The notes beneath the pieces were generated by a model. That model did not search any database. It was not told where the DNA came from and worked only from the letters and a program-made list of their open reading frames with translations. From a virus (taxonomy: Duplodnaviria; Caudoviricetes), in IMG/VR virus record IMGVR_UViG_3300036803_000063, positions 1 through 39,594 of that record: a stretch of 39,594 nt of DNA; one strand, 5' to 3'. Shown here in pieces: positions 8,777-16,265 of this stretch. How positions within the stretch are numbered: the first letter of the stretch is position 1; every line of letters starts with the position of its first letter. The translations under genes and the position numbers were made by a program.

Positions 8777-9091
8777 GTGGCGCAAGTCTGGGATTTTCCG
8801 TTCGGCCTAGGTCCTGGCGGCAGCGTGGCTACCGTCGAGCAGGGCTCCGATCGCGACTTCGAGAACCTGATCGCCGTGGCCCTCTATACGCGGCCCGGCG
8901 AGCGCATCCAGGCCCCCACTTTCGGCATCGCCGACCCCGCCTTCAGTGGCTGGGAGGAGCCCGCGCTACGCCGTCACATACTGGATTTCGGTCCCCCGGT
9001 AGACATCTCCACAGTGATCGTGTCCCGCACCAGTGACGGTCTCGGCGACCGGGAACAGGTCACCGTGACCTGGAAACGGCCCGAATCGTGA
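8777..9091 (+). CDS. gp25/gpW-like baseplate wedge (sheath initiator) protein
   Basis: LYTRPGERIQAPTFG motif, ~100 aa, directly before the J-like gene. Confidence 0.85.
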   Translation: MAQVWDFPFGLGPGGSVATVEQGSDRDFENLIAVALYTRPGERIQAPTFGIADPAFSGWEEPALRRHILDFGPPVDISTVIVSRTSDGLGDREQVTVTWKRPES

Positions 9092-10239
9092 GCGCACCCC
9101 TCAACCGTCCCCCGGTAGACCTCGGCGCGTACGTCGACCTGCGCATCTTCGACGTCCCCTCGCAGGACCTCGTCGACGCGATGATCACTATGTATGAGAT
9201 CGGCAACCCCGGCTGGATCGCGCGCGAAGGCAACACCGAGCTCGTGCTCATGGAGTCGATCGCACTCGGTGTGGCCGAGAACGTGGCCACGATCAACCGC
9301 CTACCCGGCGCCGTCGTCGAAGCCGTCCTCCAGCTCGCCGGAGTATTTAAGGACTTCGGCGCGCCGGCCACCGCCACCGCCACCATCGCGGTGGCCGACG
9401 GCCTGGGCTACACCATTCCCACAGGCACCCGGTTCTATCTACCGCTGGCCAACGGCACGGTGGTCTTCCTATCCCAGGCGCCCGACGTGCAGATCGCCTC
9501 GGGCATGCTCACCGCGACAGTCAATCTGATCAGTCAGATCAACACCGCCGCCGCCAACGGCGTCATGGCACCGGCCCGCCTCGTGCTCGCCGACCAGCTG
9601 AACATGGTGCAGACCGTGGTGCTCGCCAGCACCGTCGCCGGGGGGCGCGACCCCGAAACCGACGCCGCGTGGCGCGATCGGGGAGTCGCGGCTTTCAAGC
9701 GGCTCTCGTCCACCCTGGTCGTACCCACCCAGTTCAACGCCGCAGTCGATGAAGACCCCCGCATCGGCCGGGTGATGACCATCGACCTGTGGGACGGGTC
9801 AGGGTCGACACCGGGCACCGTCCCCGGACACATCACCTCCGCCGTACTGGACCCGACGGGCCTGGGACTGAGCACGCCGGTCCTGACCGACATCCAGGCC
9901 ACCATCCAGGCTCAGGCGGCTGCCATGCTGGTCGTGCACGTCATCAACGCCACCCTGGATACGATCAACGTTGTCGCCACTATCCGCACCGCGCCCGGCT
10001 ACACCCCGGCCACCGTGGCAGCTGCTGTGGTGGCCGCTGTCCGCAACTACGTCAACCCTCTGACGTGGGCCGCCGGGGGCACGATGCGGCACAACGAGTT
10101 CGTGAGCCTCATCGATCAGGTACCCGGCGTGGACTGGGTGGGCACGGTGACCCTGAACACCTCCAGCGGGGACGTCGCAGCGAGCACGCCTAAAGCCTTG
10201 CCGCAGGCTGGCACGGTGACCGTGACCGAGGCGCCATGA
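9088..10239 (+). CDS. Baseplate J-like wedge protein
   Basis: YTIPTGTRF, GGRDPETDAAWRDR and PGHITSAV motifs; C-terminal IDQVPGVDWV. Confidence 0.9.
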   Translation: MSAPLNRPPVDLGAYVDLRIFDVPSQDLVDAMITMYEIGNPGWIAREGNTELVLMESIALGVAENVATINRLPGAVVEAVLQLAGVFKDFGAPATATATIAVADGLGYTIPTGTRFYLPLANGTVVFLSQAPDVQIASGMLTATVNLISQINTAAANGVMAPARLVLADQLNMVQTVVLASTVAGGRDPETDAAWRDRGVAAFKRLSSTLVVPTQFNAAVDEDPRIGRVMTIDLWDGSGSTPGTVPGHITSAVLDPTGLGLSTPVLTDIQATIQAQAAAMLVVHVINATLDTINVVATIRTAPGYTPATVAAAVVAAVRNYVNPLTWAAGGTMRHNEFVSLIDQVPGVDWVGTVTLNTSSGDVAASTPKALPQAGTVTVTEAP

Positions 10240-11438
10240 CCGGCACCGCGATCCCCACCCTGCCGGCACCGCCGACCGTGAACCCTTTCGCTACACGCGT
10301 CTTCGCCCGCCTCCCGACGGCATACCAAGTGTTCGACGCGACCAGCGGATACCTCTTCCTGCTCTACATCGACGCAGTGACCTCGAAACTGGGCGACATC
10401 CAAATCGCCATCGACCGGATCCGGGGCAAGCGCCCCATCGGCCCGGCCGCCCCCCTGCCGGCGACGCTGCACCCCTCGCAGCTGGCCGACTACCTGGACA
10501 ACCGCACCAATACGATCTCCGCCCTAGGGGATCCCCTGGTCGCCGACGCCGCATGGTTGCCGTGGCTCGTGCAGCTGGTCGGGGGAACCCTGGACCCGGC
10601 CGCGAGCGTGGCCGAACAGCGCGACACCATCCGCTACGCCACCTCCGGGTGGCAGGCCGGCAACGTCGCCAGCATCGAATACGCGGCTAGGACCGCGCTG
10701 ATCGGGTCCCAGTACGCCAAAGTCATGCCGCACGTGCTCGCCGACGGCTCACCGGGCGGTCCGTGGGATGTCACGATCCTCACCCGCAGTTCGGAGACAC
10801 CCGATCCGTCGGCAGTGCTGGGCGCGGTCCTGCGCAAAGGTGTGAAGCCGGCCGGAGTGGTCCTGCACTACCGGGCCTTCGGCGCCAGTTGGAACATGCT
10901 GGAGAGCGCGCGCCCCACCTGGAGCCTGTGGGAGTCCGACAGTCTGGGGCCGGTCAGCTGGAATCGACTGGCGGAAACGGGCCTGTCTTATGCCAGCGTT
11001 CCGGGCAACCTTGTGCCCAACGCCAGCTATGAAGCTGACACCTCAACCTGGACGGCCGGGACGAACACGACGAAATCGTGGCTGGTCAACGGGGTCGACG
11101 GGTTGGGGCAGTGCATCCTCACCGCGACGGCGGCCGGACAGGTCAAGCTCACCTCGGCGACGTTCGCGGTAACCGCCCTACTGGACTACCGCAGCGCGTG
11201 CTCCCTGAAGGCGACCAACGCGCGCACGGGACGGCTGATCCGTACCTGGTCGACCGGGGCTACGGCGACCAGCCCGGACTTCACCTTGCCGGCGGGACTG
11301 TGGAAGCGGGTGCCGTCGTTCGTGGCCACCGCGCCGACCGGGGCGACCACGGCATCGGTCGCTGTGCAGATCGACGGCATGGGCGCGGGTGAAACGATCG
11401 CCGTAGATGCGTGGGACGCCCGGCAGTACCACGGGTAG
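10236..11438 (+). CDS. Baseplate I-like protein with C-terminal carbohydrate-binding-like module
   Basis: LPTAYQVFD, DPLVADAAWLPWLVQLVG and VKPAGV (P2 gpI-like), then NLVPNASYEADTSTW...APTGATTASV (CBM4/9-like). Confidence 0.82.
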   Translation: MTGTAIPTLPAPPTVNPFATRVFARLPTAYQVFDATSGYLFLLYIDAVTSKLGDIQIAIDRIRGKRPIGPAAPLPATLHPSQLADYLDNRTNTISALGDPLVADAAWLPWLVQLVGGTLDPAASVAEQRDTIRYATSGWQAGNVASIEYAARTALIGSQYAKVMPHVLADGSPGGPWDVTILTRSSETPDPSAVLGAVLRKGVKPAGVVLHYRAFGASWNMLESARPTWSLWESDSLGPVSWNRLAETGLSYASVPGNLVPNASYEADTSTWTAGTNTTKSWLVNGVDGLGQCILTATAAGQVKLTSATFAVTALLDYRSACSLKATNARTGRLIRTWSTGATATSPDFTLPAGLWKRVPSFVATAPTGATTASVAVQIDGMGAGETIAVDAWDARQYHG

Positions 11439-11464
11439 GGCCACGTCCCCGCTATGATGTGGAA

Positions 11465-11601
11465 GGTCACCGGGAGTCAAGGCCGCCGTCCCGCATGTGG
11501 CTCCATCAAGCTTCACCCGGTGTGGTTAAGGTTCGTTCGGCTGGGCACACGGTGCGGGCCTTCCTTCCCGGCTGTCATGAACGTTCCTGCTCCCGGTGAC
11601 C
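11465..11601 (+). ncRNA. Candidate ~137-nt structured small RNA
   Basis: TATGAT at 11453-11458; perfect 12-bp closing stem GGTCACCGGGAG (11465-76) / CTCCCGGTGACC (11590-601); nested inner stems; lies in a 215-bp gap without a credible ORF. Confidence 0.55.
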
Positions 11602-11610
11602 ACTTCTCGC

Positions 11611-11647
11611 GTGTCGCTGCCGCCGTGACGCGCGGCGCTGACAACAT
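11611..11647 (+). promoter_or_regulatory. Late-type leaderless promoter (GTGTCGC-N24-CAACAT-N6-GTG)
   Basis: Motif and spacing shared with the other copies; no RBS before 11654. Confidence 0.6.
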
Positions 11648-11653
11648 CACCCC

Positions 11654-13399
11654 GTGACCGACACCCGCACCGCCCGCATGGGCGTCGAACAGTGGAGCAG
11701 CGGGGACGACTCACCGTCGAGGGACGGATTCAACACCTCTTTCGCGAACATCGAGGCCCGCACCGCGATCGACCAGCGCACGGCTGGACCGGCCCTGCCC
11801 ACTGGCACTCCCACGCTGGTCGCCGCCGAGTACTTCCAGCGCACTCTGGATCTCGGTGGCGGTGCCACCGCCTACGCCCTGTACCGCACCGATGCCGGCG
11901 CCACCTGGCACGCGCAGTCGTGGATCCCCGAGACACTGCGGATCCGGCCACCCGACACAACCCCCCTGGTCACTGCCGACGCGCTGCGCATCGAGCACGC
12001 CAGCGTCGCCACTGCCGGGCTAGTCACTTCCTGGGACGGCACAGCGAAGCTACGCAACGCGCTACTACTCGGTAACTCCGCCGAGCCCACGGTGGGCCGG
12101 CTGTCGGTCGGCGGCCTGGACGCCATGCCCGCCAACGTGCGGGCCCGGATCACCACCAACGGCGCCGAACGCGGCCTGGAGATCCGGGCCGGCGCCGACG
12201 GCCTGACCACCGAGCTACTGCGGCTGATGGACGCGAGCGCGTCGATCGTGCTCACCGTTTCCGGTGCGGGCGCCCTGACCTCCACCCAGGGCGCGGCATT
12301 CGGTGGCATCACGCCGGGCGCGGCGACCCTCACGGTGGCCCCGCAGTCCGCCGGAGCACTGTCGACCGGTCTGCTGGCCTACGGGCAGGAGTCTGCGCCG
12401 ACCCGGCCACAGGTCACCGTTAACCGCTTCCAGCCGGGCAGCTCCGACACCTCCTCGATCTTCTCCATAACGCCGAACCTGATCACCCTGGGGAAGGTGG
12501 CGGGCACCGACTGGGGCCAGCTGGATATGGGCGCGGTACTCGCCCGCCTGGTCACCGGGCGTCTCGCCTGGTTCCCGACGATCGCCTCCATCGCAGGCGG
12601 CGCACCGTTTCAGGCGTATCCCGGGCTGACCGGCTTCGCCGGTATCGACGCCACCAATGGCGTGAGCTCCACCATCGGCACCCAGTTCAATAACTACGGC
12701 TCGGCGACGCGGGACGCTGTCACGGCGGCTTCCTACCCGTCGGGGGTGAGCACGTGGACCGGGAACCTCTGGCGCGGTTATCAGGCGGAGGTCATCTCCG
12801 GTGCCCCCAGCGTCGCCGAGGTTTACCGAGTCAACCCGTTCGGGCAGATCCAGTCCAACGCCCCGTGGCGCGGCAGCGGCAGTAAGCCGACACATCTGCG
12901 CGACGCTCGCCAGTCCATCGTGCACCAGTGCAAGCGGATCTGGGTGGTGCCGGGGGACTACCCGGACGGCCAGTTCATCGGCAGTAACAGCAGCTTCACC
13001 TACAACTGGCCGACTATGACCGTGCGCTCGTCGTCGATCACACAGCTCGAAGTGGTCATGCGCATGGAAGCGCTGTTCTTTAAGCAGAATAGCGGAGCAA
13101 ATCCGGACCGTCAGGTCATGCAGGTTCGCTGGTACTACTCGATTGGTGGCGGTGCCTACACTCTGGCCGATTCCGACTATCAAGAGGCTGCTTCGACGGT
13201 CGTTGACAGTCCGTGGCCACAGGCCCCCGGTGTTCAGAACACCTGGACGGTAGCTGTTCCGGTCACCGCCGCCGCCGGTACGACATTCCGCATGCGGATG
13301 GTCGTATCGCTCTATGCCTATGCTTCCGACGCCCGCTTGCGTCGCGCGGACCTCTCGGTCCGCGAATCAATCATCGAAACCTACTCACCCTCGGAGTGA
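11654..13399 (+). CDS. Tail fibre / receptor-binding protein (581 aa)
   Basis: N-terminal baseplate-attachment-like TARMGVEQWSSGDDSPSRDGFNTSFANIE; Gly/Thr/Ser beta-rich body; follows the wedge genes. Confidence 0.8.
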   Translation: MTDTRTARMGVEQWSSGDDSPSRDGFNTSFANIEARTAIDQRTAGPALPTGTPTLVAAEYFQRTLDLGGGATAYALYRTDAGATWHAQSWIPETLRIRPPDTTPLVTADALRIEHASVATAGLVTSWDGTAKLRNALLLGNSAEPTVGRLSVGGLDAMPANVRARITTNGAERGLEIRAGADGLTTELLRLMDASASIVLTVSGAGALTSTQGAAFGGITPGAATLTVAPQSAGALSTGLLAYGQESAPTRPQVTVNRFQPGSSDTSSIFSITPNLITLGKVAGTDWGQLDMGAVLARLVTGRLAWFPTIASIAGGAPFQAYPGLTGFAGIDATNGVSSTIGTQFNNYGSATRDAVTAASYPSGVSTWTGNLWRGYQAEVISGAPSVAEVYRVNPFGQIQSNAPWRGSGSKPTHLRDARQSIVHQCKRIWVVPGDYPDGQFIGSNSSFTYNWPTMTVRSSSITQLEVVMRMEALFFKQNSGANPDRQVMQVRWYYSIGGGAYTLADSDYQEAASTVVDSPWPQAPGVQNTWTVAVPVTAAAGTTFRMRMVVSLYAYASDARLRRADLSVRESIIETYSPSE

Positions 13400-13401
13400 C
13401 C

Positions 13402-13659
13402 ATGGACTACACCCTACTGTCGCCGGACATCTTCGCTCAATTGCGCACCCAGCGGATGCTGGATTTAGAAGCCGACCACTTCCGGGTAGAGCTGCGGCGG
13501 CGTGAGGCCCTCGACCCGGCCGAGGTAGACGCGTTGGTCGCCCAGCAAGCTGAGATCGAGCGTCGATACAGCGTCCACCAGGAAACACCGGTCGCGAACA
13601 CGACCGAGGCGGCATCGCACTCCACGGCGGCGACGGATCACCCGACTACGGAGGGTTAA
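13402..13659 (+). CDS. Small helical protein after the fibre (possible fibre chaperone, 85 aa)
   Basis: GGAG RBS and ATG at 13402 (MDYTLLSPD...); the ORF-track extension to 13213 overlaps the fibre gene. Confidence 0.65.
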   Translation: MDYTLLSPDIFAQLRTQRMLDLEADHFRVELRRREALDPAEVDALVAQQAEIERRYSVHQETPVANTTEAASHSTAATDHPTTEG

Positions 13660-13853
13660 TGATTTCCCCGACACTGGCCAACGTTATCGTCGTTGTGGTC
13701 ACCATTGTGTGGGTGATTAGTTTCGCCGTGTCGATTTTCTCTCCGATCTATAAGCCCGATCCGCAGATCAACGTTATCTTTATGGGTATAGTCGGCGGCA
13801 GTCTTGCGCTCAAAGCAAAGCGCAAAGAGGATCCGCCGGTAGGTAAGCAGTGA
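13659..13853 (+). CDS. 2-TM membrane protein (lysis-associated?)
   Basis: Two hydrophobic segments, basic C-terminal tail, GGAGG RBS, TAATG coupling. Confidence 0.75.
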   Translation: MISPTLANVIVVVVTIVWVISFAVSIFSPIYKPDPQINVIFMGIVGGSLALKAKRKEDPPVGKQ

Positions 13854-14437
13854 CTCCAGCCTACGTCATCAGCTCAATCATCTGGTCGGCTATCGGCTTC
13901 GGTGTGGGGATCAAGTTCGGGCGACTACAGAGCCGGGTAACAGAGATCGAGAGGCAAGTCGTGACCATCGAAAACGCCGCCGCTCCTACGGCAGGGGAGC
14001 CCGCCTCTGAACCCCATCATCGACACATCCCCGTACCACACTGGGACCCGCAACGGATCGTCGGTCTCGTCATCGTGATCATGGCTGCTATCTCCATGGC
14101 CGTGTCTTTCTACGCCGCCCACCAGCAGAACCGGGCCACCACCTGCCAGGCGACCTATTTCAAGCAGTACCGGCAGTCGCTGCTGGCTCGTGACGACGCC
14201 GCAAAGGTCGCCCGCGCGAACGTCCGTACGTCCGTGCTTGCCGAGAAAGACCTGTGGACGGCGTTCCTGAAGAACGCACCCACTCGCGCGGGCGAGCAAC
14301 CCAGTCCCGACCAGCGGGCCGCCGACATCGCTGCGCTGAACAACTACTTTGCCGGTGTCGATGCCTACGTGGCGTCACTAGATGCCGCCAGTGCGTCGGC
14401 CACCCGCTTCCCCTTGCCCACCGAAACCTGCCCGTAG
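13850..14437 (+). CDS. Membrane protein, 2 TM plus helical ectodomain with two Cys
   Basis: GTGA overlap; hydrophobic segments YVISSIIWSAIGFGVGI and IVGLVIVIMAAISMAVSFYA. Confidence 0.75.
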   Translation: MTPAYVISSIIWSAIGFGVGIKFGRLQSRVTEIERQVVTIENAAAPTAGEPASEPHHRHIPVPHWDPQRIVGLVIVIMAAISMAVSFYAAHQQNRATTCQATYFKQYRQSLLARDDAAKVARANVRTSVLAEKDLWTAFLKNAPTRAGEQPSPDQRAADIAALNNYFAGVDAYVASLDAASASATRFPLPTETCP

Positions 14438-14469
14438 GAGATCGACTTGCTTGACACCCCAGGGCCGCC

Positions 14470-15111
14470 ATGATGACCCGCATGCGCCGTGCCCGCCGTC
14501 ACCTCCCATGTGTCAACGACCGTACCGCGATGATCGCCGCCCTGGTGCTCATTTTCGGCGCGGGAACCGTCACCGTGCTCGGCCTAACCAATGATCGGGA
14601 TGCGGCGCGGGTGGTCACCTCCCAGCGCGACACCGTGGTCATCCAACGCGACGCGGCGGTAAGCCGATCCTTAAGCCTGGCCGAACAGGTGCGCCAGGCG
14701 TGCTCGGCCGGCGGCACCACGGCGACCGAACTGGCATCAGCGTGCGAGTCGGCCAACCAGGTGGTCGCCACACCCATCCCAGGACCACGAGGCATCCCGG
14801 GCACCCCGGGCTCTGTCGGACCGAGAGGCCCCGCAGGGCCGGCAGGACCGCCCGGCCTCAATGGCAAGGACGGAGCTCCAGGGGTCAACGGCACTCCGGG
14901 CAAGCCGGGGACTGACGGCAGAGACGGGGCGCCGCCAGCCGGATGGGTGGTGTCCAACGCCGACGGATCGGCTATTGCGTGCACGCGGGTGGCGAACTTC
15001 CATCCGACCGCGCCCCGCTACATCTGTGGCGATCCGGCCGCCGCACCCCGTCCGAAGACCAGGACAGCTCCGGCACCGACCACGAGTGCGGCACCGACTC
15101 CGGGAGGTTGA
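14470..15111 (+). CDS. Membrane-anchored collagen-like protein (start may be 14482)
   Basis: One TM segment, helical region with a Cys pair, 17 consecutive Gly-X-Y triplets, second Cys pair, Pro/Thr-rich tail. Confidence 0.8.
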   Translation: MMTRMRRARRHLPCVNDRTAMIAALVLIFGAGTVTVLGLTNDRDAARVVTSQRDTVVIQRDAAVSRSLSLAEQVRQACSAGGTTATELASACESANQVVATPIPGPRGIPGTPGSVGPRGPAGPAGPPGLNGKDGAPGVNGTPGKPGTDGRDGAPPAGWVVSNADGSAIACTRVANFHPTAPRYICGDPAAAPRPKTRTAPAPTTSAAPTPGG

Positions 15112-15113
15112 TC

Positions 15114-15476
15114 ATGATCACCGGCGGATGCCTACCTCTGATCTGTAGCCCGACCAGCCCCGGTCACCCATTCGGCAGCTGGTACCTGGCGATCGCCGAC
15201 ATCACCCGACTGCTGTGCATCTTCGGGGCGTTCACTCTGGTCGCCAAGATCGGTGTCGCATGGCGTCGATCAATGCCGCACCAGGGGCAGCGAGACCGCT
15301 ACCTGGCGCTAGGACTGCTCGCCATGGTCATCACCGGCACAGAGCTGGAGAACATCGGCAACTACCCCAGCTATCGCCTGATCCTGTCATTGATAGCCCT
15401 GGCCTTCGCACTGCGCGGCTTGATCCGCTCCCAGAGTGAACGCCCGGCGACTCAGGTAGGAACCGACCCGGTCTGA
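15114..15476 (+). CDS. 3-TM membrane protein, holin-like (120 aa)
   Basis: GGGAGG RBS before ATG 15114; three hydrophobic segments. Confidence 0.7.
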   Translation: MITGGCLPLICSPTSPGHPFGSWYLAIADITRLLCIFGAFTLVAKIGVAWRRSMPHQGQRDRYLALGLLAMVITGTELENIGNYPSYRLILSLIALAFALRGLIRSQSERPATQVGTDPV

Positions 15477-15480
15477 CGGC

Positions 15481-15518
15481 GCGTCGCACGGGTGCCGAGG
15501 CGACGTCTGGCCGATGAT
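15481..15518 (+). promoter_or_regulatory. Late-type promoter (GCGTCGC-N25-GATGAT-N7-GTG 15526)
   Basis: Motif and spacing similar to the other copies. Confidence 0.45.
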
Positions 15519-15525
15519 GACCCGC

Positions 15526-16098
15526 GTGCGGGCAACCACTGATCCACCACCGATGCAGGACTGGTCCGCTGAACGGCTCCAAGCTGCTCAGTTCGCGGTG
15601 GAGCTGTACCGGGGCGAGTTCGTCAAGCGTGGCGACAACGATGCCCTGATCGAGACGGCAGGGGTGATTTTCCGCTTCCTGACTGGCGCGGTCATGGCGT
15701 ACTTCGAGTTCGGCACCGTGCTCGAACAGGCCACCAAATATCCAACAGATGATCAATTCGGAGGATCAATGTCTCAGCTGAAGGACACCCAGCAGGTCGA
15801 CATCACCGTCAAGGCCCGCGACGCTAAGGGCTTCGAGGTCGGCGACGACCCCACCACCACCGCCGACGACATCCAGTGGAGCTCGGCCGACACGACCATC
15901 GCCACCGTCAATGTTGGCGCCGACAACCGCACCGCCACCGTCGTAGCCGGCAACGTGGGCTCCACCGTGGTCACAGCCACCCTAGGTCCCATCGTGGTCA
16001 CCCAGGCCGTCGACGTCATCGCCGGTGACGCGGTCGCCATGGAGATCAGTGTCGGAACCCCTACCGACCAGGCGCCAGCGGCGCCAGCGGGCCCGTAG
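15526..16098 (+). CDS. Helical N-domain plus Ig-like (Big_2-type) domain, long form (ORF track start 15514)
   Basis: IQWSSADTTIATVNV...ATVVAGNVGSTVVTATLG is a Big_2-like signature; frame is open from 15514. Confidence 0.7.
   Translation: MRATTDPPPMQDWSAERLQAAQFAVELYRGEFVKRGDNDALIETAGVIFRFLTGAVMAYFEFGTVLEQATKYPTDDQFGGSMSQLKDTQQVDITVKARDAKGFEVGDDPTTTADDIQWSSADTTIATVNVGADNRTATVVAGNVGSTVVTATLGPIVVTQAVDVIAGDAVAMEISVGTPTDQAPAAPAGP
15769..16098 (+). CDS. Nested in-frame Ig-like protein, short form (109 aa, MSQLKDTQQ...)
   Basis: GGAGGA at 15760-15765 just before an in-frame ATG at the domain boundary. Confidence 0.65.
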   Translation: MSQLKDTQQVDITVKARDAKGFEVGDDPTTTADDIQWSSADTTIATVNVGADNRTATVVAGNVGSTVVTATLGPIVVTQAVDVIAGDAVAMEISVGTPTDQAPAAPAGP

Positions 16099-16107
16099 TT
16101 CCCGACT

Positions 16108-16148
16108 CGCCGCGCCCGGGGGTTCCCGCCGGACCCTCGGGCGCGGCG
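16108..16148 (+). terminator. GC-rich hairpin, probable intrinsic terminator or mRNA stabiliser
   Basis: CGCCGCGCCCGGGGGTTC pairs with GGACCCTCGGGCGCGGCG (~18 bp including G-U), 10 nt after the stop; no U-tract. Confidence 0.7.
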
Positions 16149-16166
16149 TCCCACCTGGGGGTAACG

Positions 16167-16265
16167 ATGAAGAAAATCCTAGAGGCGATCGGCCTGGCAA
16201 AGCTGATCAAATGGCTGCGCCGTAAAGACGACAACCCGCCACCGCCGGAGGACGTACGCAGTTGA
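16167..16265 (+). CDS. 32-aa cationic amphipathic peptide (not in ORF track)
   Basis: MKKILEAIGLAKLIKWLRRKDDNPPPPEDVRS; GGGGG upstream; its stop overlaps the endolysin start (TTGA). Confidence 0.6.
   Translation: MKKILEAIGLAKLIKWLRRKDDNPPPPEDVRS

Noticed and set aside
11520-11545. tRNA suggested by GGTTCG
   Set aside because: No T-stem, cloverleaf or CCA end could be built
277-13399. Extracellular contractile injection system or tailocin
   Set aside because: Terminase, primase, helicases and a lysis cassette in the same window indicate a phage genome
11654-13399. Diversity-generating retroelement or fibre shufflon
   Set aside because: No reverse transcriptase, invertase or duplicated fibre 3' end seen
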